A stretch of DNA of 63,988 bases, filler included, from Stramenopiles sp. TOSAG23-6 (taxonomy: Eukaryota): the NCBI GenBank assembly GCA_900128565.1. It is 7 parts of 7 records of this genome, joined end to end, with 100 filler letters (N's around TTAATTAATTAA, not from the genome) between each part and the next. Parts side by side here need not be neighbours in the genome. Positions count along the whole stretch, not along the records: positions 1 to 9,300 come from LT636384.1; positions 9,401 to 18,670 come from LT636385.1; 5 more parts are not named here. One strand, 5' to 3'. The notes under the pieces are model-generated. The model had not been told where the DNA came from and did not search any database. It saw only the letters and a program-made list of their open reading frames with translations. Of the stretch, positions 1 through 10,918 are shown one piece after another (within the stretch, counting starts at the first letter, position 1; every line of letters starts with the position of its first letter). The translations under genes were made by a program, and so were the position numbers.

Positions 1-219
1 AATTTATTTTTTCTTCTACTACTGATTGAGTGATAGTCTTAGTTTTTTCTCCGTGGTTGTTTGTACGACGTAGTATACATAGTAAATTTGCAAGCATAGA
101 ATACTATAGGAAACAAAAACAATACAATTTGACTAATTTTTTATTAATCTATGATTCAAGGAGATTACTTGTCAAATCTAGTATGTAATAAATAATGTAA
201 TGTGTAAGAAACCCATCAA

Positions 220-1832
220 TTATTCTGCAGCTTCTTCAGCAGCTTCAGCCTCTGCCGCAGCTTCAGCCTCTGCCGCAGCTGCCTCTTCGGCTTCTTTAGC
301 AGCAGCTGCAGCTTCTTCAGCTTCTTTAGCAGCTTCAGCCTCCGCCGCAGCTTCAGCAGCAGCACAGGTTTCAAGTACAAGTTTTATACCCAACACAAAA
401 TTGCTCCAGCTGGAACGCATTCTGCATAACAATCATCAACAGAAACGCTATTCACTATGGATTGCACTACTTCAATATTTTTTACTTTAGGCATTTTGAA
501 TTTTCTACAGAGCCATTTTTCCAATTGTAATTCCTTAAAAAAAGATTCTTTAAATAACATTTTCAATTTATCCCATGAAATTTGAGTATGATCTTGAAAT
601 TTTTTGCTGTTAACACCTTGCAAAACTAATCCTGCCTTTAATCCTTGGCATGATGAGGTATTCAAACCGACATATTGTTGACTCAGATTCATCAGGTCTT
701 GTTTACATGAAAGACAAAATTCAGTAGCTTTCAAAAGCTTTGCTCGGCTTGATGCTAATGTTTTTGCTTCATCCGTCGCATCTTCGCCTAACTCTTCAAG
801 AGCTGAATTTCCAACTGATTCAAGATTTTCTTTAAATGCGGTAACCTCTGTCGTTAATTCTGTGGCTCTTTCTGCGGCCTCTGCCACGCGTAAAACTTCA
901 GCTTTCATTTTCGAAACTTCAGTCCTTTCAAACGCTTCACTCAATTGCTCCGCAATATCTGATACAAGCTTTACTGCATCTGAAGAGAACGCAAATGGTC
1001 TATTATCTTTGCATGTATCACAACATAAAATCATTTGTTGTTTCGTTCGAGGAAAAGGCTTCTCTTGATCTTCAGTATCGGCAGTCGCTCCGAGTGCTTC
1101 TTTAGACCTAGAACTGTCGTATTCAAATCCTATACATAAATATGCGCCAAGTTGTGGGAATCCACGGAAAAATTTGACATTTGGTTCGCGACAAACTTCA
1201 CCACAGTGTACAGGTACTGGTTTGAGTGGCTCATTTACATCAGCAACTGTGTCACTTTCAGGATTTTCATCAGCCTCTTCATTTGGAGTATCATCTTCGT
1301 CATTTTCACTTGGTTGAGGTAGGTCCCAGCAAGTCCACGAAATTCCTTCTCCCTCCAAGAGAACTTGATTCAATTGCTTTTCACTTCCAGCGGAAGCGTA
1401 AATGTATTTAATAAAGTCACCGTTGTTGGATGGGGTGTCGTCATCTACAGGTGTTTCTTCACCTTTTTCACGCTGTCCGACTGTGACAGAAGATGCACCA
1501 GTTTTTTGCATAATGAAGTCTGCTACGCTTGGTAGCACAGTAAACACATCAGTTGTTTCTTTTAATTTTGTTTTGAGCAAATCTTCAGCTGATTTATTCG
1601 AATCATCTTCATTTTTAATCACTGATAACTCGCCTTTTTGGAGAGCTTGTAATTCTGCATCCTCTCTCACTTCATCCTTTTCAAGTTGTGCTTGAGCATC
1701 TACTGCGTCTGCGTAATTTATGAGGAAGTCTGCGAGAAAGTTAACATTATCTTCAGGCTGTGCCAATACTAATTGAGACATACCTTCAGCCAATGCTTCC
1801 CCGACTGTTCTTTTTAAATAGTCAGCGTCCAT
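220..1832 (-). CDS. Dpy-30-motif flagellar protein, radial spoke RSP2/DYDC-like, with Ala/Glu-rich tail; 1-nt frameshift near 385
   Basis: N-terminus MDADYLKRTVGEALAEGMSQLVLAQPEDNVNFLADFL resembles the Dpy-30 motif, followed by a GAF-like middle region. ORF 384..1832 continues into the (AEAAA/KE) ORF 220..432 if one base is removed at ...TGG GTA TAA AAC. Confidence 0.6.
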
Positions 1833-2065
1833 TTTGATTGATCTATGAAAAGTTTATGCAAATTAAGATTTCGACTAGTAAGTGAAGTTGTGAAGTTGTA
1901 ACAGAACAAATGAAACGTCGTCTTTTTGCGGAGATTTTATAAAAAACAGGTTTGTGCCATACGTTACTTTTTGACGTTTTTTTTTTGTTTTTTTTTTGTT
2001 TTTGTGTTCACTTTTACAAGGATTAGTTGATACAACTTCTCATAGTTTGATTATTATTTAGCAAT

Positions 2066-5000
2066 ATGAGATATTCTACAGAAGAATCAAGAGGAATTCA
2101 ACAAGGTGAGAGTGTGCATAATGCTGGAATCAACTCAGTATCCACTGTAAACCCAATTCATCCAATAGACTCGCGTTTGAGAAAACAGAACCGTAAGTAC
2201 GAAAAACGACTACGACGACAAAATAAGGCTAAAAGTAAACGTACTTGTACTATAGTAGTCTTTTCTCTGTCAATATTTTTCTCTTTTTGTATTGTTTTGG
2301 GTCTTTATCTTATTGATACACACCATGGAATTGGAGTGTTTAAAACGAATGATCGAATGATAAGAGAAGACAGGGGGGAAAAACGTATTGCTATTGAAGA
2401 ACAAAACACTTTCATAGTATCAAAAACAGCAAATGCAAAAGAAGCTTTCAAGAACGCCGAAGAAGTATTGCTACAACAGAAAAAGTTATCAAAAGACGCC
2501 GATAAACAGCTAGATCAAGTCGCAGATATAACACCAAAGATGGAAGAGGCACATGTTGTGGCAAGAAATGCTATCGGTGTTGCCAAAGCACTTCAAAAAA
2601 CGTTCGACGTTTTGAATAAGAAAATAGAAGCTGAGTTAACTTTTATCAAAGATAAGTATACCGCAACTCATCGACTAAAGGCAGACAAAATAAAATGGAC
2701 AAATTCTAAAAATCTACTAAATAAAAAGTATTTAGAAGCATTAAAAGTCTCAAGGCTAAAGTCTACAGAATTGAAGACCGCAACTAGAGCGGCTAACAAA
2801 GCTAAATCCGACTATATGGACACTTGGAAGAATTCTAGAAAATTTCTACAAGCAAGTTATGTCGCAAATTTAGCCCTGAAAGCAAATGAGGAGAAAGCAT
2901 TAGGTTTTGTGAATCAATGTTTGAATAATTTGAATGAATCGATTTTTCGTCTAGATTATATTCGAAATAATAATGAGCAGCAACGAAATTTGATAAAGGA
3001 ACAAAAAGCCAGGTGCACCAAATTAAAAAATGAATTAATCAACGAGACTTTAGGACGGACAGAAGAAAACACATCAAACATTACAAATAGAGTAGATCGA
3101 TATACACAAATATACAATGATAAAGTACACACTGAAAAAGAACTGAATGTTGCTTTCTTGTCTGCATTGAAAGTTAGTGCAAAAGCAGATCAAATGATCA
3201 AGGATGCTCTTGAGCAGAATTCTCTCACTTCAAATGCCGAAAAGAAAGGAAAAGAAAAAGCAGAAGCCAAAGAAAATCCAGACACAGAAACCAAAACAAT
3301 AGTGAAAGATTCAAATAACAAGAAAATGCAAGAAGATACGCTTACTTTATTGAAAGGTGCATTTGACAAAACTCAGGAAGCAATAAAAGAGTTTGAGAAA
3401 ATATCTCATTTGAGAGATTCGGTTTTGAAAAAAAACATTTCATTGAATAAAGCTGCTGATTTAGCAAAACTGGCTGAACATCAGCGGCTTATGCTTGGAC
3501 TCCAAAAGGCAAAGAGTAAGAATGTAGTTGCTTCAAATGAAAAACGAGTATTAACTGAATCATTAAAATCAAAACAGACCATTTTTACAAACTTCCAACG
3601 CCATACTCAGGAGAAATTGAAAGAATTTATTTCTGATTTAGTGAAACACAAAGGAAACGAAGCTGCTCTGGAACGAATACATTTTGCATATGCAGAGTAT
3701 AAAAAACATAGAGCGAAAGGCTTCAAAATTGTAAATGAAGATTTACAAAAAGCAAAAGATCTTTTGATGACACAGTCTCTTGATGTAGAAAGTGCAAAAG
3801 ATAATTTAAGAGCTATACATGCAACCATTGACGTTTTAAAGTTTACGCCTTCTGTATATTATGTAGGTAATAGACAAAATCATACGGGGGCTTTTCTACA
3901 AAATGAGGCATATGATTTTGCCTTGGAAGCTAAAATGGCTTATGACACTCTTTTATTGTCTGTCAAAGATTCAAAAGAAAAGGCAACTATTGCATTCAAA
4001 TCTCGTGCTATAAGTGCCAAGGATTCGAATTATTCTTCATTTAGTTCCAAAGTAAATCTTTGGATCTTCAAGTTAAACACTATGCAGGCTTTGATTAGTC
4101 GTTATAAATTGAGGTATGATAGCTACAAAGTTGTTGATACTGTTCTACTTGCGAGAGATTCAGGTCTACGAGTCTTGTCTGAAAGATCTCGATTATTACC
4201 TTCTTGGTTACATGATTATCATAAATTAAGACGTTTTGCTAGATCTACACGAAATGAAAATCTTGCTTTGGGTTCGTCAAATGTTGCAGACACTATACTC
4301 CGTCATGTGAAAGAGTCTTCAATTCTTTTGTCAAAGGGTGGTCGAGACACTGATTTTTTAAAAGCGTATAAAGATTTCGAGAATGTATCAAAGATAGTTT
4401 TAGATCAATCAAATAGAACCTTTTATAATGTAAAAGATAAAACCAAACGCACAGTAGAAGAAGCAGAAAAGTCTGCAGAGGCTTCTGCATTGGCAAGATC
4501 ATTCAATGTATTTAAGGATTCTCAAAATTACCCAGCATTTATCGAATCTATAGCGAATGCAAAGAATTTCTTAGATGAAACAGTCAAAATGATGGATCTT
4601 ACGAAACGTATACGAACTGAACAAAAACGATGGACTGAGTGTGCCGACTTTATATCAGTAAATATGCGCATACTAACAATCATGGAAAATCCAATGGTAC
4701 AAAAATCATCAATTGTTGCATTCACAAAAACGTTAAAACTTTTACAAAATCAAAACTTGATAGTACGAAAATCTTTACACGAATATGGACGTTTAACAAC
4801 GGATGTTATAAAAGGCAAAACAAAATCCAAGGGTGTTTTATCTAAGATGAAATTGGACCTTCGAACAGTAAATTCTATTAGAGTAAAAAATATTCTATTT
4901 TCCAAGAATTTATCAAAGGATGCAATATTACCTCTACAAAAAAATATGCTTGCTACGTATCGAAATACACAAGAATTGAAAGAACGAGTTTTACACAATA

Positions 5001-5830
5001 CAACACATATGGAAAGAATAAGTGATGTACGCAATATAAGTGTAATTATTGCCAATTCAAACTACTCTAAAATGACTGAAACTTTAAATACTACAAATGT
5101 TCATGTAAAACATTCCGAATTTTGTCAAAGCGATTTTACTGAAGAAGAATGCGAAAAAAGAGCAAAGCGTGAAGGCCAGCCGTATTTGGGCACAACGAAA
5201 TGTAATGGCAAGCATTGTGCTCCTCCTGGGTGCTACATGTATAATTCAGATTTTATGGATACCTTCAATCGTAATGATGTTAACTTCTTTAGTGGCAAAT
5301 CTGGATATTATTTTAGTACAAGTAATAATGAATCTTCTGGAGATTGCTCAATTGGTAACAGTTGCGTATGCAAGGAGTCAAGAATTGGTTTGACGAACAC
5401 ATCATCTCGTTCTGATACATGTGAAACTAGTGTAACTGAAAAGGAATGCAAAGATTTTGCAGAATCACAAGGTTACAATTATGTTGGACAAACGGCATGT
5501 CAAGAACCAGATTGTGCGCCGAGTGGTTGTTATAAATATGATGAGAACCTTGCAAAAACGGCTGGAACATTGTCTATACATGGTGCATATAGTGGATATT
5601 ATTGGAACAACGGATACTTGAATAATGGTCGTCGATATAATAGTAAATGTACAAAAGAAAGGCAGTGTTATTGTTTGACAAGTTCATTTAGTGCACGCAT
5701 TGTCAAAGGCTTTACATTATTTGATGATACTAATGTAACAAGTACATTCGATACGCAACGTCCTGATGCGGACGGAGTGAATACAGGTAATAATAGAGCA
5801 AGGAGGGTTCTTCGGAAAAAGCTACATTAG
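2066..5830 (+). CDS. Uncharacterised 1254-aa single-pass membrane coiled-coil protein with two C-terminal Cys-rich repeats
   Basis: Long intronless ORF with a hydrophobic segment (IVVFSLSIFFSFCIVLGLYLI), a long K/E/A helical region and two related C..EC...CAP.GCY.Y...SGYY...C...C.C units. Confidence 0.7.
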   Translation: MRYSTEESRGIQQGESVHNAGINSVSTVNPIHPIDSRLRKQNRKYEKRLRRQNKAKSKRTCTIVVFSLSIFFSFCIVLGLYLIDTHHGIGVFKTNDRMIREDRGEKRIAIEEQNTFIVSKTANAKEAFKNAEEVLLQQKKLSKDADKQLDQVADITPKMEEAHVVARNAIGVAKALQKTFDVLNKKIEAELTFIKDKYTATHRLKADKIKWTNSKNLLNKKYLEALKVSRLKSTELKTATRAANKAKSDYMDTWKNSRKFLQASYVANLALKANEEKALGFVNQCLNNLNESIFRLDYIRNNNEQQRNLIKEQKARCTKLKNELINETLGRTEENTSNITNRVDRYTQIYNDKVHTEKELNVAFLSALKVSAKADQMIKDALEQNSLTSNAEKKGKEKAEAKENPDTETKTIVKDSNNKKMQEDTLTLLKGAFDKTQEAIKEFEKISHLRDSVLKKNISLNKAADLAKLAEHQRLMLGLQKAKSKNVVASNEKRVLTESLKSKQTIFTNFQRHTQEKLKEFISDLVKHKGNEAALERIHFAYAEYKKHRAKGFKIVNEDLQKAKDLLMTQSLDVESAKDNLRAIHATIDVLKFTPSVYYVGNRQNHTGAFLQNEAYDFALEAKMAYDTLLLSVKDSKEKATIAFKSRAISAKDSNYSSFSSKVNLWIFKLNTMQALISRYKLRYDSYKVVDTVLLARDSGLRVLSERSRLLPSWLHDYHKLRRFARSTRNENLALGSSNVADTILRHVKESSILLSKGGRDTDFLKAYKDFENVSKIVLDQSNRTFYNVKDKTKRTVEEAEKSAEASALARSFNVFKDSQNYPAFIESIANAKNFLDETVKMMDLTKRIRTEQKRWTECADFISVNMRILTIMENPMVQKSSIVAFTKTLKLLQNQNLIVRKSLHEYGRLTTDVIKGKTKSKGVLSKMKLDLRTVNSIRVKNILFSKNLSKDAILPLQKNMLATYRNTQELKERVLHNTTHMERISDVRNISVIIANSNYSKMTETLNTTNVHVKHSEFCQSDFTEEECEKRAKREGQPYLGTTKCNGKHCAPPGCYMYNSDFMDTFNRNDVNFFSGKSGYYFSTSNNESSGDCSIGNSCVCKESRIGLTNTSSRSDTCETSVTEKECKDFAESQGYNYVGQTACQEPDCAPSGCYKYDENLAKTAGTLSIHGAYSGYYWNNGYLNNGRRYNSKCTKERQCYCLTSSFSARIVKGFTLFDDTNVTSTFDTQRPDADGVNTGNNRARRVLRKKLH

Positions 5831-5834
5831 TTCT

Positions 5835-6125
5835 TGAAAAACATTTTTTTTGTTAGGTACAAAATTTACTATGAAAAAAAAAATAAAAAAAATAAAAAAA
5901 ATTCGATTTTTTTGTAAAAACATTACACGTTGTTGATGATGTAAAACTCTAACTTTACTGATAAGTTTGTTTTGGATATAGAATAAAATTTTAATCATTT
6001 GATTTCAGATTTAATATCATGTGAACATACTCGAGGAATTGATATTGAAAAAATATTTTTTTTTGTAAAATTTGTTAGGTATGAAATTTCGTACGAAATT
6101 AAAAAAAAATAAAACATATGAATTT
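5835..6125 (-). mobile_element. Two intergenic/degenerate family copies; others near 15860, 18510, 22640, 22930, 32660-32750, 48563-48650, 55090-55180, 61410-61490
   Basis: Core GTTAGGTAYRAAATTT with flanking A-tracts, outside any CDS. Confidence 0.7.
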
Positions 6126-6487
6126 GTTTTTGTCGGGTCAACATTTGTTTCCTTTGAATCCTTTGTTTTTCTTTCATTTTTGTTTTCTATACGATTGTTG
6201 CATTCTTGTAAAATATACACTATTTTGATCAATCGAAAGCATTCTTCATTATAGTAGATATTTGATTATAATATCATTATATGGTGTTTCAAGAATAACA
6301 GAGAACAACGTGTCAAAAATCCCGGTAACAACTTTTTCAAATTTCTGTCAGGTCATGACGTCGAGTCTGTTTTCTTTTCATATAATAAACTATTTTTCCA
6401 GTAAGCCATCAATAAACTATTTTAACAGTATCTCTTCTTTTTTAGAATGCATTTTTTTTGTGTAATTTAGGACATAAAGAAGAAACA

Positions 6488-8656
6488 ATGTCACAAGAAG
6501 CACCGAATAATTTAATATGTCCTATAACATGTGAATTATTCAAAGACCCAGTTGTTTCTGCCGATGGTCACACGTATGAAAGAGTTGCAATTTTGAAACA
6601 CTTTTGTACAAAAAATACGTCGCCTTTAACAAACAATGTGTTGCCTCATACAAATCTTGTGACCAACTTTCGTTGTAAATCGCAATGTATTGAATGGAGA
6701 GAACAACAAACAAGTGACGCAAATAAAATAGACGAGTTGTGGCGTAAATGTTTTCACGTAAAGTTACCTGTCGAAATTGTTCAAGTCATTACACAAATGA
6801 TAGTTTTAGTCACACAGTCTGACGAATGCATCCTTCAAATGTCACAATTTGATAAGTTGAAACCTTTTTTTATCCTTACAAAAACATTTAACAATGATGT
6901 TAAGTCTGCACTGGAAACCTTATTGATAACTTGCAAAGACAAAAATAGAAATGAAAATCAAGATGTTTTGAATACGAAACAAATGCAAGAGAATAATAAA
7001 GCATCTGTTGCTGTTTCAGATGATAAGATTGAAGACTATGATGCTAAAGTAAAGTTTACTAAAATTGCAGTTGAAAACGCAGAGAAGAAACTACCAGCAG
7101 CAGAAAAACTGCTTGAAGCTGCACTAAATAATATGGATAAAATAAAGCAATCTATTGCGAATGCTCGAAACGCATATGACATAGCTATTGTAGCACAAAA
7201 GAAGCAGACTGATAGCTACATCAATGGGACAATGACAGATGAGCTTTCAAGTATTAGTATTCACAAGAATCAAAGCGATAAACAGCAGATGAAACTTTGC
7301 AACATTAAAGAAAGCGCTTGTGCCAAATATTGTCTTGACCTTTACAATTCTCTTCCTCGCATTCGTACTGAATTTGGTAGTAGCGATCCTGCAGTTCAAC
7401 TTAAAGCTGTTGGTCAAGTTCGTCAAATGCTTTCAAAGGCCGCAGATCCGCCTGCTAAAGAGGTCGTGGAAGCTGGTCTCGTTCCGTTATTAGTTAATTT
7501 TCTTGGCCCACAAAACAGCACGGAGCTTCACCTTGAAGCAGCATGGGCTCTAACAAATATTGCTTCGACTGAGATGACTGAAGTAATCATCGAACATAAT
7601 GCTATTCTACCACTAGTTAAATTACTTCGCTCCGATGACGCTGATGTGAGAGAGCAAAGTTTATGGTGCATCGGAAACGTCGCAGGAGATTGTGCCAATT
7701 TTCGCGATACAGTACTCAACACCGAAGGTGCCCTAGAGGCAATTCTTCTCAATATCAAACACCCACAGAATGAATCTATGAGTCGGAATGCCGTTTGGGT
7801 TGTCTCAAATTTATGCCGTGGAAAGCCTAATCCACCAATTGAGTCGCTCCTTCCTGCCATTGGTGTTCTCTCTCAATGTCTCAAGTATGACGACGCAGAA
7901 GTACTCGCTGATACCAGTTGGGCATTGTCCTACGTAACTGATGGCTCGGAAAAACGCATTAAAGCTGTTATTGATACTGGTTGCGCAGGTCGTTTGGTTC
8001 AACTCCTAGCCCATAAAAGTTTTAAGATTGTGACTCCATGTCTTCGAACTGTCGGTAACATTGTATCTGGTAATGACACACTTACAGAAGAAATAGTCAA
8101 AGTTGGTGCTCTCAATGCTTTACAACAACTTCTTAACCATGCAAAAGAGGGAATTCGTAAAGAAGCTTGTTGGGCTATATCCAATATTGCTGCGGGTTCA
8201 AAGGCTCAAGTTGCTGCTGTTTGTGGTAATAGAGAATTATTACAACAAGTTATTAATGTAATGAAAAATGATCAGCCTGATGTAGCAAGGGAAGCTGCTT
8301 GGGTTATTTCCAACATTTTTACTAGTCCTTTTCCTGTGCGGCGTGGTAGGCGGCGTATGACTAAGTTCGAAATTATGAAATTAACAGTTGATATGAGGTT
8401 ACTTCATGCAATTTTCAGGTTAATATCCACTGATCACATGAAATGTATTAGTATCTCCCTCAAAATTATTTCCGCATTGGTTAAATTTGCTGTCCGGAAA
8501 AAAGAATGTGATTTTGCTCTTAAGTTGGATGAAATCGGTGTAGTTGAGAAATTAAAAGAATTACAGAATCATGCTGATGATGAGGAAATTCTCACCAAAG
8601 CAAGAAATTTACTAGATACTTTCCAGAAGAGGACGAAGGTGATAGTGTTTAAGTAG
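6488..8656 (+). CDS. U-box + coiled coil + importin-alpha-like ARM repeat fusion protein
   Basis: U-box motif LICPITCELFKDPVVSADGHTYERVAI. Importin-alpha motifs EAAWALTNIAS, EQSLWCIGNVAGD, VSNLCRGK, SWALSYVTDG, PCLRTVGNIVSG, KEACWAISNI. Confidence 0.9.
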   Translation: MSQEAPNNLICPITCELFKDPVVSADGHTYERVAILKHFCTKNTSPLTNNVLPHTNLVTNFRCKSQCIEWREQQTSDANKIDELWRKCFHVKLPVEIVQVITQMIVLVTQSDECILQMSQFDKLKPFFILTKTFNNDVKSALETLLITCKDKNRNENQDVLNTKQMQENNKASVAVSDDKIEDYDAKVKFTKIAVENAEKKLPAAEKLLEAALNNMDKIKQSIANARNAYDIAIVAQKKQTDSYINGTMTDELSSISIHKNQSDKQQMKLCNIKESACAKYCLDLYNSLPRIRTEFGSSDPAVQLKAVGQVRQMLSKAADPPAKEVVEAGLVPLLVNFLGPQNSTELHLEAAWALTNIASTEMTEVIIEHNAILPLVKLLRSDDADVREQSLWCIGNVAGDCANFRDTVLNTEGALEAILLNIKHPQNESMSRNAVWVVSNLCRGKPNPPIESLLPAIGVLSQCLKYDDAEVLADTSWALSYVTDGSEKRIKAVIDTGCAGRLVQLLAHKSFKIVTPCLRTVGNIVSGNDTLTEEIVKVGALNALQQLLNHAKEGIRKEACWAISNIAAGSKAQVAAVCGNRELLQQVINVMKNDQPDVAREAAWVISNIFTSPFPVRRGRRRMTKFEIMKLTVDMRLLHAIFRLISTDHMKCISISLKIISALVKFAVRKKECDFALKLDEIGVVEKLKELQNHADDEEILTKARNLLDTFQKRTKVIVFK

Positions 8657-8713
8657 AATACTATTTAGTATTAAAAAAAAGTTTAGTAGATTATTTTATT
8701 ATATGTCTTCAAC

Positions 8714-9300
8714 TCATCTTTTTTTTCTCTTCTTTTTAGCAGAATTTTGTTTTGCTCCAGATTTTCTCTTTGATTTTTTTTTATTTGTCTTTTTCGTATC
8801 TGCAACGACATTAGGTTCAGGTTCAGGCTCAGCCAACATAATTTCTTGCCATCTTTGAGAGTAGATTTTGACATCAACGATTCGTTTTTTTGAACGTCTC
8901 CCCGAGCGACTAGATGAAATTGCACTGGGACTCCATGCGCTTTCATTGAAGTCAGTAATACCAAAAGCTATACAATGATCTTGAAGGGAATCAACTGCGA
9001 CGGATAATGCTGGAAATGTTTTTGCTTCACTCACTCTAGTTCGCCATCGACATCTAGCTTCAAATGAAGGCCATAAAGTCAATGCAGAAGATTCATCTTC
9101 ATCTTCTTCTTCGCTATCAGATTGTTCCTTTCTCTCACGTGCCGCTTGCGCTTTTTTTTCACGGAGATCTTGTTTATACAAAGAGATAGCAGCGTCTACT
9201 TCTTCTTTTTCCAAGTCTTCTTCGTCGCCATCATCATGTACAAAACGCCATAAAGCTGGGTCTTCAAATGTAGCTTCTTTAAAACCTAAAATAGTTCCAT
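8714..9300 (-). CDS. 3' part of a chromatin-associated protein (Tudor-like and WHIM/WSD-like segments), truncated by contig end
   Basis: Frame is open to the gap: GTILGFKEATFEDPALWRFVHDDGDEEDLEKEEV, then RCRWRTRVSEAKTFPALSVAVDSL, then a basic NLS-like tail. Confidence 0.45.
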
Positions 9301-9400
9301 NNNNNNNNNNNNNNNNNNNNNNNNNNNNNNNNNNNNNNNNNNNNTTAATTAATTAANNNNNNNNNNNNNNNNNNNNNNNNNNNNNNNNNNNNNNNNNNNN
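9301..9400. other. Artificial contig linker (N-run + TTAATTAATTAA + N-run); also at ~18671-18770, 28001-28101, 37319-37418, 46633-46731, 55939-56038
   Basis: An identical six-frame-stop spacer sits inside N runs at ~9.3-kb intervals. Confidence 0.97.
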
Positions 9401-9452
9401 GTACCTAACAAATTTTAGTTTTTTTTTTTTGAAATATTTTTTCACAATACTT

Positions 9453-10130
9453 GTATGTGTTTCACTAATATTAGGTTCACTTGTAATAGGTTTGAGTCGA
9501 TTAATTGATAGAAGGCATCATTGGTGGAACATGTACATTTTCATGATAAATTTTTTACCTACATTTGTTTTCATAGAAAATTCCGTACCTAACGAAATGT
9601 TTCGTTTTTAATATTTTTTCACAATATATTCTTATGGGTTTTATACTGGGTTATCTAACCTCAACAGTAGCTTATTTTCAGTACTGGCCATCTCCTTTCT
9701 CCAAGTTATCTCATTCTCCTAGTGCAATGTTGGAGCAAGAAGGAGATCTAGAAAATGTCGTTAACAGTAATGTACGTTTTCATCATTCGTTTTTTACCAA
9801 TTTCGAATTTATTTTTTTTATACAAAATTTTGTACCTGACGATTTTTTTTTGTAAAAAAAAAAAATATTTTTTTCACCCAACATGTGGGAGGATTTACTC
9901 TCATTTATTTACAAAGTAATGGAAACCCGGGGGATAGACTACAAAAACGTTTCTATATGGCAAATGTAAAGAGTGATTTATATGTATGTTTTCCATCATG
10001 AGAGAATTTCAAATTTTTTATATTATGAAATTTTGTACGTAACGATTTTTTTTTTTGAAATATATTTTCATAGAATTTGATGACTTGGAGACTGATGAAA
10101 AAAAACAATTTGCAATGGACAATTAGTTAG
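9453..10130 (+). CDS. 3' part of a PAP2/lipid phosphate phosphatase; family introns 9533-9629, 9772-9884 and from 9984 (3' end uncertain)
   Basis: Spliced GLSRLIDRRHHWWN|ILMGFILG matches the PAP2 C3 motif SRxxxxxHxxxD. Confidence 0.7.
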
Positions 10131-10337
10131 GGTTAAACAATTAAATAATGCCACGAGTTAAAGTAAAATATTCCTATTTTATTGAGAATAATTGAAACAG
10201 AAAATATTAAAACAAAGATATTATATATATTTTTTTTTTCTCATGATAAAATTTGACATTGAAAAATAGTAGTGTTAGTGTTAGTGTTATATTATAAATC
10301 TTTGTCTTTTCTCATGATAAAATATCTTTGTCTTTTC

Positions 10338-10807
10338 TCATGATAAAATTTGACATTGAGCATGAATAATCACAAGCAAATTCAGCATGGCATTTATTTA
10401 ACCGGTAATATCTGATATAATTTGTATTTTCTGTTTGTACATTTTGTTTTGTTGGTTTTGTTGTATGAATTTGCTTAGGGTTAGGGTTTTTTCTTTCTAG
10501 TGTTTTCGTAGAAAAATATTTACTTTCAACAATCAGACAGTGAAGGTCTGTTGGACATGTTTTTTGTAAAAATATTTCAAAAAAAAAAAACTTAAATTTG
10601 TTAGGTACGAAATTTCGTACGAAAAAAAAATCAAATTTGAAAAAAAAAATAAAACATACAAGTCATTTCTTTAAGGCCTCCTTCATCGGCAAAAACAGTC
10701 ATTGTAAATCGTTTTGGTGAAAATACAGATAGTATATGCTTCAACATTGGTTGATAATTACGAATCTGTATATTTGTTTCAAAACTCGCATAACTACAAT
10801 GCGACTC
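10338..10807 (-). CDS. 3' part of S-adenosylmethionine decarboxylase; family intron 10557-10659
   Basis: ESHCSYASFETN...LSVFSPKRFTMTVF matches the eukaryotic AdoMetDC (HITPE)xxxSYASFETN...F.P..F motif. Confidence 0.7.
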
Positions 10808-10918
10808 ATGTATTTTGGAAAAATATTTCAAAAAAAAATCTAAAAACATTTGTTAGGTACAAAATTTCGTACGAAAAAAAAATTTCGATTTTTTTGTAAA
10901 AAAAAAAATAAAACATAC

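Noticed and set aside
375-395. Programmed frameshifting (also at ~45850 and ~55480)
   Set aside because: These are single-base indels in or near homopolymers in an assembly with many Ns; sequencing error is simpler.
9345-9356. Periodic TTAATTAATTAA palindrome every ~9.3 kb
   Set aside because: Artificial contig spacer inside N runs; gene order across it has no meaning.
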